Of a DNA stretch of 64,000 nucleotides, positions 25,216 to 37,737 are shown piece by piece. Within the stretch, counting starts at the first letter, position 1. Each line of letters begins with the position of its first letter. This stretch comes from Perna viridis. Lineage: Eukaryota. The stretch covers positions 19,154,750 through 19,218,749 of the forward strand of contig CM074524.1 in the NCBI GenBank assembly GCA_037379345.1, written 5' to 3'. Made by a program: the position numbers and the translations under genes. Below the pieces are notes generated by a model. That model had not been told where the DNA came from. It made no database searches and worked only from the letters and a program-made list of their open reading frames with translations.

Positions 25216-25271
25216 TTTGTTTTTTGGGGGTTTAAAGCCCGAGCAGCAATATTTCAGCTATATCTAGGCGA
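25216..25271 (-). mobile_element. 5'-truncated SINE/LINE 3' tip with 12-bp TSD
   Basis: ccctgtatacag at 25204-25215 and 25272-25283; insert on the minus strand reads gatatagctgaaatattgctg..gctttaaacccccaaaaaacaaa (A-rich tail). Confidence 0.75.
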
Positions 25272-26544
25272 CCCTGTATACAGAGTTGGTAACTCACCTG
25301 TTTATTTTTAAAGGGAATTCAGGGAAAATGAGATTTTTCCGAGAAACAAAAAGTCATTAATTGAATTTTGTGTGCTACATTTGGGAATGTATACATGTAT
25401 CAGGCGAGTTTTTGATATAATTTTACACAAAATGGATTAAACTTTCTCATATCTAGAGGATGCTATGCCTAAAAATTATAATTATAATTACCTTACTAAA
25501 ACCTCCCCTTCAGCTCCATAGTTGTGTGGTGGCCGCATGGTTGACAAATAACATACATGTGGATCACGAGCCGACTTCAGATTAATGGCGCGAAATCGGG
25601 TATTGATTTGCTACAACATATGACTGGCGCGAACTCAGGTATTTACGGCAACTGCCATTTGAATTTTAGGGGTGACTAGGTTCAAAATCGGAACAAAGTT
25701 AACACAAGCTATAAGAAAAAGCAGGATCATAATATTATTAATATCATAATATTTTTTTTTGTCAATATAATATCATTAAAAATTTGATCCTAGCCCCAAC
25801 CTATTGATCAATTGTTTCAGTTTTATGTTACGAAAAGGCCGTAAAATCCATTAAGCCGGAGGAGACAGTTGTATTTCCTTACTTCTGGGCATTTTTTTTT
25901 ATTGGAGTGAAGAAAATGAAAGCAGGAGTTAAATATATATTTTACTCCTTGATGAAAGATACAAAAAAATCTACAATCCGAGTCATAACAAAAAACCTAT
26001 GATCAATGCCGTAGCATGGACATATAACTATCTATTTCAAAGCGGTGAGCATTTGACTTATAAAAAATAAAACCTGAATGATTTGGCTTTTTGTGATTAT
26101 GCTTTCAACATTTATTTTTTTCTTTCCATCTTTTTTTTTTCAAGGGGAGGGTCTTGTCTTGATAATCATGCGTCTTAGAAAAAAGGAAATGTGTACCAAA
26201 TATGCAGTAAAGTGCATTCATTTTTATTTTTGTGTTGGAAGGCTTTATCTTCTCAAACACATTACACCAAACAAGATTAGCTCCTTCAATAATGCACATT
26301 CGTGTCTAGGCACTAGGCCGTCTATTTGATTACGCGTATCAGTAGATATACAGCAGAGTAATTTCTTGTAAGTGAAGTTTCTGTTAGTCGTCTTCTATGG
26401 ATTTTATGATTTGGGCATTCACCCTATACGTTTTTTCCACTGTATGTCTCCTTGGTAACAAAAATGAAGCATTCTAGATTATCTTTATGGGAAAGTTAGA
26501 ATTTACGTTCTCTCTGAGAATAAGATATTGTCTTTATTGCATAA

Positions 26545-26851
26545 GGGGGCTACCATTTAATTTTTATGGGGTGCTAGGATTAAATTTTAAAACAAAACAC
26601 ACAGGATTGATATTTTCAAGAAATAAAAAAAAAACCAAAAAAAACGGGACAGATTATAAGAAAAAAGTCAGAGTCTAATAGTATCTAATCACTGTATTGA
26701 TATGTTTGTTTATACATGTATACCCTAAAGATTGCACCGTAGAGAAAAAGCCAGTACCCATATTTTTTTTTTCAAAATAAAAAGGCCGGATAGAAAATTT
26801 GATCATAGCCCCCCCCCCCCAAAAAAAAAAAAAAATCAAACGGATACCCCC
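26545..26851. mobile_element. PIF/Harbinger MITE with TAA TSD
   Basis: TAA|gggggctaccatttaatttt ... aaaatcaaacggataccccc|TAA. Confidence 0.75.
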
Positions 26852-27144
26852 TAAAGCTTAATAATCTATTGCCAACATAGTTGTAATTATGTATATGTAT
26901 ATGAGATACAATAGCGAATGAAAATTGCATTACATCATGCTTATGTTCATTGTATAAAACCAGGCGCGGATTCAAGGACGGGTGTGCCGAACGTAAGCCC
27001 GTAAGAATTGAAAAAAAATTCTATAAAATCTTGATTTTTCACAAATTTTAATTTACCCACAAATTTCTTTAGTTTTATTTACCCCCCCCTCCCCCCCAAC
27101 AACAACCCGAGAACAGCATAATCTAATGGTAACAACTTATTTTC

Positions 27145-27326
27145 CCAGTGACGAATCGAGAGGGAAGGTGCATGCAGGGGGTCGGCGCACCCCCTCTTTT
27201 TTATTGCACAATTTGTCTTTTTCTTGTGTAAAAGTGACAACAATGGCAAATAATGCCCTAGGACAACCTTATTTCTGAGGAAACCCGGCTGGCACCCCTC
27301 CTTTTCAAGGTGTCTTGATTCACCCG
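27145..27326. mobile_element. hAT-like MITE, same family as 3907-4028
   Basis: ccagtgacgaatcgaga ... tcttgattcaccc imperfect TIR; shared internal blocks with 3907-4028. Confidence 0.5.
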
Positions 27327-27588
27327 TTTTTCCACTTATTGTATTGGATCTAAGCTTAAAATTTTATCTGATCTACGTAATAAGTTGTTTTTTTACAGCA
27401 TCGTGATTCTGAAACTTTAATAATATATACAAATTATTAACACCAAGTCATCAATTATATTAAAAAAGGTTAATATTAAATTCTGAGTTGTCTATAAGCT
27501 GGACAAACCAGAATAAAGTAATTTACATTATCTACCGATTTTTTTAACAACATGTATGTATACTCTCTATCTAGCTATAGGTGTATAA

Positions 27589-27869
27589 GAGGACAACCAT
27601 TTGATTCTGGGGGAAATTGCAAATTTTGTATGATCGGAAAATTTTATTTCTGAAATTTTGTGCACCAGAAAATTTATTTTTAATAACATTGGGGGAAGAT
27701 TATTTATTTTCACTTCACTGTATAAACTATCTGCACTTGCTGAGGCCAGAAAATGTATTTATTTTCTAGGAGGTGTAGACCAGAATAGTTATTTCCAACT
27801 TTTTCAGAGACAGAATAATCTTTTCCACATTATACCAGCCACCTCCCTCATAATAAAATACTCGCTCCC
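27589..27869. mobile_element. PIF/Harbinger-like MITE, degenerate
   Basis: TAA|gaggacaaccatttgattctggggg left end resembles the 24737 element; right end ataaaatactcgctccc is degenerate. Confidence 0.55.
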
Positions 27870-28913
27870 ATAGTATAACGTCCCTGTTTCATTATTCTGA
27901 ATCTTGATTGCGACAATAAACCTACAGTTATATCGCTAAACAAGTGCTTTCAGTTCCAATTCATTTTTTACATTAAATGTAAAGTTTTTGTGAAACTTGG
28001 GCAAAAAGGAAGAAAAAATCAGAAACATGTATGTAAAAGAAAAAAAACACCGATCTGACAAAATATGCTTTCTGTAGAATGTTAAGAAGTTGAGGGGTTT
28101 GGCAGAGTAATCTGCCCCTTGAATTGTTTATTTTCAGTGCGTTTCAGAGCAAACATAACTCAATTTACCAAAATGATATGCAAAATCTTGTCTTTCTTCA
28201 CTGATTTTTATGAAGCGAATAATCAAACTAAACTTTCAAAATGGTGTTTTTATACCATATTTCTCACCCACTGCCTGATTCTTACGGAGACTTACACTTA
28301 AAATATAGACTGAAAAGATACGTACGGTACCAGCTTTGATAAAATTGATCTAAAAAAGCGAACATTCAGAACCTCATAATTCACCACATTATAGTAGTTG
28401 TTACAGAGGGGCGGGCGGGGGATGTTTGTCCCCTAAAATTGAGTTGTTTCACCTGTTCTAACCCCAGCCCATAATTTTTTTGCTTTGGTTCGTCATTATC
28501 AGTTATGTTTACGCCCCCTCTAATCTTTATCTTGAGTCCGCCCCTTCTGATATTTTATTCTATTTAGGTGTTGTTACAATATTAACACAAAGCGCGGAGA
28601 ATCTCAATTGGTACGACAAACGTAGTCACCGAGTAAAATCCCCTGGTTTTTATTTTTTTTTTTACAAAAATTTTAGGTATTGCATGACGTACCAACAAAA
28701 AGTATTGGTACTGCTCCAGCACCAGCTCAGCAACTACGCCACAGATACTTCAACAAACGTTACGTTCTTAAAATACATATTGGAAGAATAAAAATCGCGA
28801 ATTTGCACTTTGCGCAAGCCCCGACAAAAAATCCTCGGTAATTAATGACAATTCTTACTAGTCAAGTGAAAAATAACACAAAGACAGGGGCGGACCCAGG
28901 ACTTTCTCAGGGT

Positions 28914-28914
28914 A

Positions 28915-28952
<38 letters not shown>
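28914..28952. repeat. (GT)n microsatellite inside a caggggcggacccagg-type MITE end
   Basis: Visible TG run with one interruption. Confidence 0.9.
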
Positions 28953-28953
<1 letters not shown>

Positions 28954-29326
28954 TGGCGGTTTGGGGGGTCCAAATTAAAAATATAAACTTTTATGTTCTT
29001 TAAATACATATACTGATGGTCATTTAATAAAAGTGACTCGAGCTCCTTCTTCCTTGTTTGGCGTCTGCCAAAACTGTCCACTATTCTGTCCATATCTATA
29101 AATGCATATCATCGTACGCATAATGGACGTGCTTTGCGCCAGAGCCATTATATCAGCGGTGGGGGTTAAACATCAGGCCATGTAAAATTGGGGCAGTAGG
29201 TGAAACATGGTTTAAAAAAAATGTTTTGATAGTGTAATTTGACTATTTGCATTATCCAAATCAAGGAAAGCGGACAAGATTTTCCATATGCTGGCTCATT
29301 GAGTTACAAATCACTGAAAGGCACTG

Positions 29327-29538
29327 AAAGAGTAATCAAGGGAACCAAGGCTACAGCGGCAATCAAAAGAATGCAATCCAGGGACAAAGACCAGACATGG
29401 AAAACAGACATACACAACAAAGAACATAAAGCAACTAAAATCATACATACAAAGTAACAAAAGTAAATGAGCAACTCGGACTCCACTAAAAACTGGGAGC
29501 ATGGACCAGGTGCACCGGTAGGGTAAGCGTCCTCTGCT
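29327..29538 (-). mobile_element. Penelope-like family A 3' fragment
   Basis: aaagagtaatcaagggaaccaagg...gggtaagcgtcctctgct is the reverse complement of the family 3'UTR. Confidence 0.88.
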
Positions 29539-32500
29539 CAGAACTTGATAAGAGAAATTCGTTCTTTCAGTTTCCAAAGCATCATTATAATAAACAGAAA
29601 AGTCATACAAGAAAGTAGAAATACAGTTACTATCTGGATCCAGGAGGGGTTTTGAAATAAAAAAAAGTTATTCATGTCTTCAGCAAAGACAACTTAAATG
29701 AAATATGATAAGTTATTGGTAGCTCTACACAAACAGGTTTTATTTAAAATAAAGTATCAATCACTACAAAAAATACTTTATTTTGAATGCATTTGTCATT
29801 AACATGTTTATTATTTTTATTGAAGTATCTGAAAAATAAACTGCCGACGGGGAGTGTGGTCTGGCTCTACCAGACCAGGATAGGTTGTACCCCTTCCCTA
29901 GAGTGTGCATCCTCCACAATGGAGCTTAATACATGTATATAATTGTTGGTAAGAACATAGATATTAAATATATACCTGTGTCATTCTGTGAAAACAGATT
30001 TATGACCAATAAGTATGTAAGTCACAGTTACACCTTCAGTAACTTTCTTCAGGTTATATTCACGTGCATGTAACGTGAATGTGACAGAGTCTAGAAGTAG
30101 TTAAATATGATTATTATCCTTTGTACATATTGTTTTATAGTACAATATTTATTGTTTTATGGAGTTGTCATAGTTAATTCTTTTAAATCTGCAAATGACT
30201 CTTCTAATTGTAGATGATAGTTAAGTGCAAGATGTTTCTACTGGACATCCCGAAGGAGATGACGAGTGCCCTTGTCGGGATGGTATTCGGGATTATATCA
30301 TTGTTGGTTAGCATCAAAGTTAGAACCCACAGGAGGAGACTGATTTAGAGGAGGATGAGAATGGAGACTCCTATCTCCATGCGTCAACTTACTCTCGCCG
30401 CATCAACCCCTAACTTATCATACATGGTTTAGTGGTTGATGTATTGTGTAATAATGTGCATGTTTTAGGTTTTACTCATAGATACAAATCCCTGGTTTTA
30501 TGTTTCACTACTTGTATAAGTTATATTCCTACAATATTCATTTGAGAACATTATTTTTTTTATATTTTCAAAAAGGCTTTACTCATTATTTCTTAAGCTA
30601 TTTTATTTCTAAATTTCATTTCCCAGTATATTTAAAAGTCAACATTCAGCATTCAGAGTAACGTAAAACTGAAACATGCATATTCTTTCACAAATGTATC
30701 TTTTTAATTGTTTTGATTTGTCAGGTAGACTGTATTTTATGTATTTTTTTTATCATGACTGTGTATTTGTTTTTTATATGTATAACAGATCCCTCCAATA
30801 GTACATGTTGTAAAAAGTATGTCAAAGGTTTTATTCAAAAGACTATTTCTGTTATAAAAGGATTCTGCTACCCAGGTTTCTGACATGAATATATCATAAC
30901 ATTTCAGATTTTAGTACTTTTTAATATATTTCAAAAAAATTATGCAGCATTTTAGAATTAGATAAAACCTTCAACCTGCATATTTTCTTTACTAAGTTTA
31001 CTTTTCATTCTTCTTTTATATCTATTACACTCTATTTTTCTTATTTCTGTAACTGCTGCATGTGTTTTTATGCACATTTAATTATTTTATGCCTATCATT
31101 GTATTTATATTGAGGGAAAAAATGTATTTTTAAAGGTTCACCTATACTTTTGTTTCAATTAAAATGTCCACGAACACTTTTTTAAAAAGCATTTTATGGT
31201 TATTTACTGTAGAAATCTTACGTATACTTTAAATGTCAGTTATACATGAACAATCTATTGAAATACTCCTTTTTATGTAAAAATCCGCACTTTTACCTCA
31301 GAAATACATATTTCTGAATCAACTTTTATTGATTCTCATGTTTTTAATTATGTCTATGAGACTATGTTTTGGTACACACTTTTTATATACTGTTCATGTA
31401 TATTCATGTATATCCATGTTACAAGTGCGACTAATTTTAATAATGTTTTTTTTTTATATTTTAAGTCTGTTAGAATTTTGATTTTCACTGTTTATACAAT
31501 AGCTTATGAATTACTGTTTTAATTTTCGTCATCTCTTGTGTGTTGGGTATGACACCCTGTCATCTAATATGTAATGTTCGTTTGTTTGTTTGTTTTTTTT
31601 ATTATTTTAATGATTTCCTAACTGTCTCACAGTTTAACAGATCTATATGTATGTTCCTTTTTCATATGAATGTTTTGAGTCCTTTTTATTTAGTTTTAGT
31701 TCAAGACAAAAAGAGGTGGAACTTCTTGATACGATTCCTGCTGATAAACCATTCCAACATGCAACCATTTTTTCCCTTAAGTTTATTTTACTTATAATTC
31801 TGTAAGTTTAGTCAACACGATAAATATGCAGCAAAAATGTAATAAAGATGGTAGTTTGTTTTTAACATTGTTTCTCTTGTTTTTCATGGTTTCTTATATT
31901 AATTATCTCTCTCTTTTTTCTTAATTTTTACATGTTTTTCTTTAAAAAAAACCCTGTTTTTAATATCACTTATCGTTGAACATTGATACCGTTTATATTT
32001 TGTATACCGCTATGCTATATAAAGTTATCTGAAATATTTAATTTTGAAATATTCGTTCGTTATCCAGCTTTGGACAGTTTAGTAATGTTTTTTCACTATC
32101 ACTGAACTCTGAAACATGTTACGAAAGAAAGCTTGTATTAATAGCGACAACAACAAAACAAGATAAAACCGTTTAAAAATGACGATAACACTTCAAGTAC
32201 AGATGACAAAGAATTTATTGTAAAACTAAACAGAACGAAAACAGGTAACACAGAAAAAAACCCAGTGGGAACCCCTTGTAAAAAGGAGTCGAAAACACAG
32301 AAGTTTCTTTCCTCTTTGCAAGATAGCCACTGTGTCCAACAGTCGAATAACATGGGTATTTCCTGCTTATGCTTTCTATTTTTGATACTTAAAACCTGCA
32401 TTCCATTTCAACGTTTTCTTTCTACTTATACGATAGATTTGTGTTTGGACGATGTATTTTAAAAAGTACATTTGTAGTAGTAATATCAAATCCATAAATG

Positions 32501-32790
32501 CCCTTTTCTTATAAAATGCAAGTCAGTGTATGCTTTTGCCATCATTTCTCATAGTATTGTTTTTTTTTATTTTGTCATATTGATCTTGTATATAAAATAA
32601 ACAACAGTCTTTCTAGTCGGTGAAACACATGAGGGAAAATAAACTATTTTAATTTTGGTCAGCAAGCCATCTTTCTTGTTGAATATATTAGAAGTTTCTG
32701 AGTAATTACAAATCTAAAACAACCAAATATGTGTATAAAAAACTGCTAAGCCACAGATATTAGACACACAATCACCCAATATTGATACTG

Positions 32791-33238
32791 AGAGAGTAAT
32801 CTAGGGAACCAAGGTTATAGCGGTAATTAAAAGAATGTAATCCTGGGACAAAGACTAGACATGGAAAACAGACACACACAACAAAGAACATAAAGTAGCT
32901 AAAATCATACATACAAAATAACAAAAGCAGATGGGCAACTCGAACTCCACTAAGAACTGGGAGCATGGACCAGGTGCACGGTAGGGTAAACGTCCTCTGC
33001 ATTTCTAGAAACACCCGCCGAGTTGCTCATAAAAAAGGCAAGTCCGGGGTAGACAAACGAAGAAAGGAAAACTATGACCCGTTGACTGAATCAGTTTTCA
33101 TGGTGCAGATGGATACACCATAAAGATCCACGAGTTCATGATGACGACCATAAAACTTCTGTAGTGATGACTTCAATCTTGTAGCAACATAACCCTGTTC
33201 CAGAAGCCTATTTGTTAGAGTTCTAGCGCGATACAAAA
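32791..33238 (-). mobile_element. Penelope-like family A, RT C-terminus plus 3'UTR
   Basis: LYRARTLTNRLLEQGYVATRLKSSLQKFYGRHHELVDLYGVSICTMKTD followed by the shared 3'UTR. Confidence 0.9.
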
Positions 33239-34847
33239 TATCATGATTAAACTTAAAGTAAACATTAAAAAACATCACAAAGGAAACGGGAATGACTTCA
33301 AGTGCTGGGGATGGCTTTAATACTTTAAGTTTAAGCATTCCTCCTTCTACTGTGGCTTTCGTAACACTTTGTAGGCAAATTCGTAGTGCAAGTCCAATAA
33401 AACAAGAAGTTTATACTAGACAGCAACCATGTTATATTTTAACGCAAGCCCATTCTATACTAATATAAAGCAGTATACCTGATTTGACATAGATACGTTT
33501 AGTGACAGCAAAGATGTCTCTGACGAAATCTTTCCCTATCACTCCGTATATAATAAATGTCTTAACCCTATAGATCAGGACAGCAACCAATGTATGCCTT
33601 ATCTATATAAAGCCTTACACCAAATTTGATGTCAATCCATCCATTGGGTGGGGAAAACTGCAACCATATTTGGAGGAATTGACGGACGAACAAGGTGATA
33701 CTAGTTAACCACCCTAACAATTATTACTCCCTGAAAGGTTCTTATAAGTATTTTTTTACTTCCTCTTCAAGTTTATACAATGCAAAGAAAAACAAATAGA
33801 AGTAGTCCCAGATGAGTACTGTTCACATGGAAATCTCAACCGAAACAAATAAGAATATAGTATTCAACAATCCCCTTATTTGAGGTTAAAACAAGTCCTT
33901 AATACATTCCAGCAATATGTCGTTTCCGGAAAAAGGAAAAATATATTTTCGAAAATGATTTTAATAAACCGGACATAAAGAAATAATGAAATTTTAATAA
34001 ATGAAAAATACAATTTTCTTCTATTTAGTTGAAAACAAACATAAAATCTAGCAAAAATATATCACAGATGTTAGAAAAGAGTATCAATTAACAGCATTCA
34101 TTGACATTGCATGGCAAATAAAAGTGCTAATAACAATTTTTTTCGGTATGAGTTTGCCCTTTTTCTCTTAATTTTGCTTCAACTTAATATCTTATACCGT
34201 AAAACTGTTCTTCGATATTAACGCTTGTTTCTAACTGAAATCAATCTACATATCATTAAAGTACTTTTTTACAATTGTTTCTTCAAGTAATAATTCGATA
34301 CTATCAAAAACCTCGAAAATTAATACCCCCGAATAAAACAAATCCACAATAAATTTTCAATATGTCAAAAAAATCATTTTCTGTTTTTTTCTAATTCTGC
34401 AGTACTAAAAAGAAGAGCCACAGTGTTTCAAAGACAGAACTCGTCTAAATGAATGTGAGCTCATTGGAAAACATATAATTTGTAACAAGTCATGTCTTTA
34501 GTGATAAAAAAAACATTGAGAATATAAAAAAGTAAACATTTTACATTGTAATAGATTAAATCATACGATAGAACAAACACATCAGATTCAGTAAAAATTC
34601 AATTAAATTCATCACTGAAAAAGAAAAAAAGTGCATACATTTAAGTTATTAGCTGCCAAGTGATCGTCCATGATTATTCGGCTGGCTGTCGAAATAATCA
34701 TAGACAGTTATGGAAGATTATTACATTTTTGCATGATTTTGCTTGACCACATGATAAGAAATAAATAATCTTTGTATCGAACTTTACTTTGGAAGTCATT
34801 CAGCTTATACTATGTTTGTCTTGGCGTCCAGGTCATATTATTGAAAG

Positions 34848-35119
34848 AACCAAGGACACCAAGGTTATAGCGGCATTCAAAAGAATGTAATCCAGGGACG
34901 ACACATGGAAAACAGACATACACAACAAAGAACTTGAAATAGCCAAAATCGTACATACAAAGTAACAAAAGCGAATGACCAACTCGGACTCCAATAAAAA
35001 CTAAAAGCATGGATCAGGTGCACCGGTAGGGTAAGCGTCCTCTGCCTTTCTAGAAACACCAGCCGAGCTGCTCATAAAAAGTCAAGTCCGGGGTAGACAA
35101 ACGTGTGGAAAGGAAAACT
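34848..35119 (-). mobile_element. Penelope-like family A 3'UTR fragment
   Basis: Same 3'UTR, including the stem-closed domain at about 34975-35075. Confidence 0.88.
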
Positions 35120-36709
35120 GCGCATAATTGTTTACTTCCGGGTACTCGAATTGCTGTATAACAATGCAAAATCTTCTATTTTATGTTACACAAAAATATT
35201 TTTTATCCTCGACACTGAACGCAATGCTTTCTAAATGACAAATCTCCATGATTTTGAAATCATGAAATCACGAGGTCACATGACGAGAGTTACACACCCG
35301 ATACACATTCACTTTGCGCACCATAATGCATTTTTGTCGTTTTGTGTCATTATGGCTCATTCTTGTTCATGGAAAGGAAACACTACTTTGATAATATTCT
35401 ATAAATCGTTTTTCCATAAGAACAAATACGCATCTGACACTTTTAAAAATTGCATGCTTTTTATAACTATATGATATACATCTTTTTGTTTGAAGAATTA
35501 GACCATAGCTTATAGAGAAATACATTTACCCATTTCTGAACAGCACAGCATCATTTCTTTGTTTTCTTCGCTAAATAAACAAATAAGGAATATAAACATA
35601 CATAATACCACTTTTCAAAGACTAATGACCGATATCTGTAATTAAATAAATACTAAGCATGCAGACATATTATTATTTATAAGCTCCCAAATTATCGTCT
35701 AAAATTAATTAGACATTCTGATAGAGAATGAGGCGCTAGCTGACTGTATAAGTGATCATAGACGGTACAGGAGCTTATAATATTTTTATACGATTTGGCG
35801 TAACTATATCATTAGGAAATAAAATGTGTTTTGTATCAAACTATACTATTTCAAAATTTATTTTGAAAGTTTTTTTTCAGCTGTTTCAATAATTGAAATT
35901 ACTGACTGATTCTACAAATATTGTTTTTATTGGTTGGCGATTTTCCCTTTATGACTATTTTCACCAATGGTGGATGGATTTAATATGTATGGTCTTCATT
36001 TGTACATTACTGCTTCGGTTATTTGGTCGAATGGTCAAATCAACGCTATATCGTACAACCACATGTGCCCATTGAAAGTCTGTTCACCTCCTCGAGTTGG
36101 ATGTATACGAAGTTTTAATTCTGTTATATTTATGGTATTGAAGACTTAAGTTAAGAACATTAATATAAGGAAGACGTCGTTCTTAAACTAGAATATGCAA
36201 TTGTGCCTGCTTTTATCATTAAAACTCAAAGCTACAATATGAGACATAAAAAAGAAAATACATGAGAAGAGAAAATTAGTCAAAGTATAGGAAGCACTGT
36301 ATCATAGTATAATATATCTTCAAGGAACATCAATTTTTGCCGTATTTTTAGTGGACAATAAGACCTTGGAGGTTTAATAACATGAACAACAATATTGTTT
36401 GACGGAACTTCACAGCATGTGAAGCCACTTATATTGCGTTGCTTTTATACTTGCAGTATTTGTGTAAATCATATCGATGGAATGATTTTGTAGTTCAAAA
36501 ACTTTCTTTTAGTAATACAATTGGCTGCATAAACGGTGAATAGAAAAAGTATGTTGTGTTTAGGAACACATTTACTTACGCCTCAAGTCAATAGTTAAAT
36601 GATCTGACATTAATCTGACTATTTAACTCTTTCCCTATCACTGAATTGTAACAGTAACTAAATAACAGTATCATTAAATGAGGTGTCTGACATAAGTTAT
36701 ACAAGATAC

Positions 36710-36772
36710 CTGAACAAATTCTTGCCCATTGCATGTTTTCGAATATGACTTGACAAGGCATACTGGCGTTGG
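36710..36772 (-). pseudogene. 63-bp exon-like cassette of an unidentified gene, copy 1 (paralogues at 38656-38718 and 41078-41140)
   Basis: ttttatttAG|..CAG|GTATC; phase-0 translation PTPVCLVKSYSKTCNGQEFVQ; length and splice dinucleotides conserved in all three copies. Confidence 0.5.
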
Positions 36773-37111
36773 CTAAATAAAAATATCATCAAGTTATAAG
36801 TTAGTCCGCTGTCTTAATGATAAAAAGACAAAAAAATCCGTGTAAATGATAGTTCTATGTCATCTTGTTAGTAAATGTTTGACATGTATTCATATTTGAA
36901 TAAAAAAGTGATCAAAATAAGCAGAAATGTCATAAAAATAATGGGTATGTTTTTCCCACATCTTAAAACTCATTAGATAGGTAAAATAAGCATTGAATAT
37001 TCTATCATTTAGATTGAAAATATAGTTTAATATTTTATTTACATTACATAATTTGAGGACGGGGAATATCTTGAAGAATATGCATTTATTATGATTATGC
37101 AGTATTAAGTT

Positions 37112-37737
37112 TATATTTTGACCTACACTTAGAAATCGATGTTAAAAGAAAGCCATTGACCAAACTTTACAACAAAAGTGATGACTTTTCATTCAGAATT
37201 GTCAATTTTCCTTTCATCTAGGGCAACATCCCTTCAGCACCTGCGTATGGAGTGTTCATATCACAACTCATACGTTATGCCAGAGTATGCCGCAGACTTT
37301 TTTTATCGCGCTAGAATTCTAACAAATAGGCTTATGGAATAGGATTATGTTGCTACAAAATTGAAGTCATCACTACACACGTTTTATGATCGTCATCATG
37401 GACTCGTTGCTTGCTACGGTGTATCCATCTGCGCCATTAAAACTGATTTGTTCAATGTGTCATAGTTTTCCTTTCCTCTTTTGTCTACCCCGGGCTTGAC
37501 TTTTTATGAACAACTCGGCGGGTGTTTACAGAAAAGCAGAGGACGCTTACCGTACCCGTGCACCTGTTCCATGCTCCCAGTTTTTAGTGGAGTCCGAGTT
37601 GCTCATTTGCTTTTGCTATTTTGCACGTATGGTTTTAGTTACTTTATATTCTTTGTTGTGTATGCCTGTTTTTCATGTCTGGTCTTTGTCCGTGGATTAC
37701 ATTCTTTTGATTACCACTATAACCTTGATTACTCTTT
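37112..37737 (+). mobile_element. Penelope-like family A, longest plus-strand copy
   Basis: DLHLEID..TKLYNKSDDFSFRIVNFPFI*GNIPSAPAYGVFISQLIRYAR, an RT thumb/C-terminal motif, then stop and 3'UTR with no C-terminal GIY-YIG. Confidence 0.92.
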
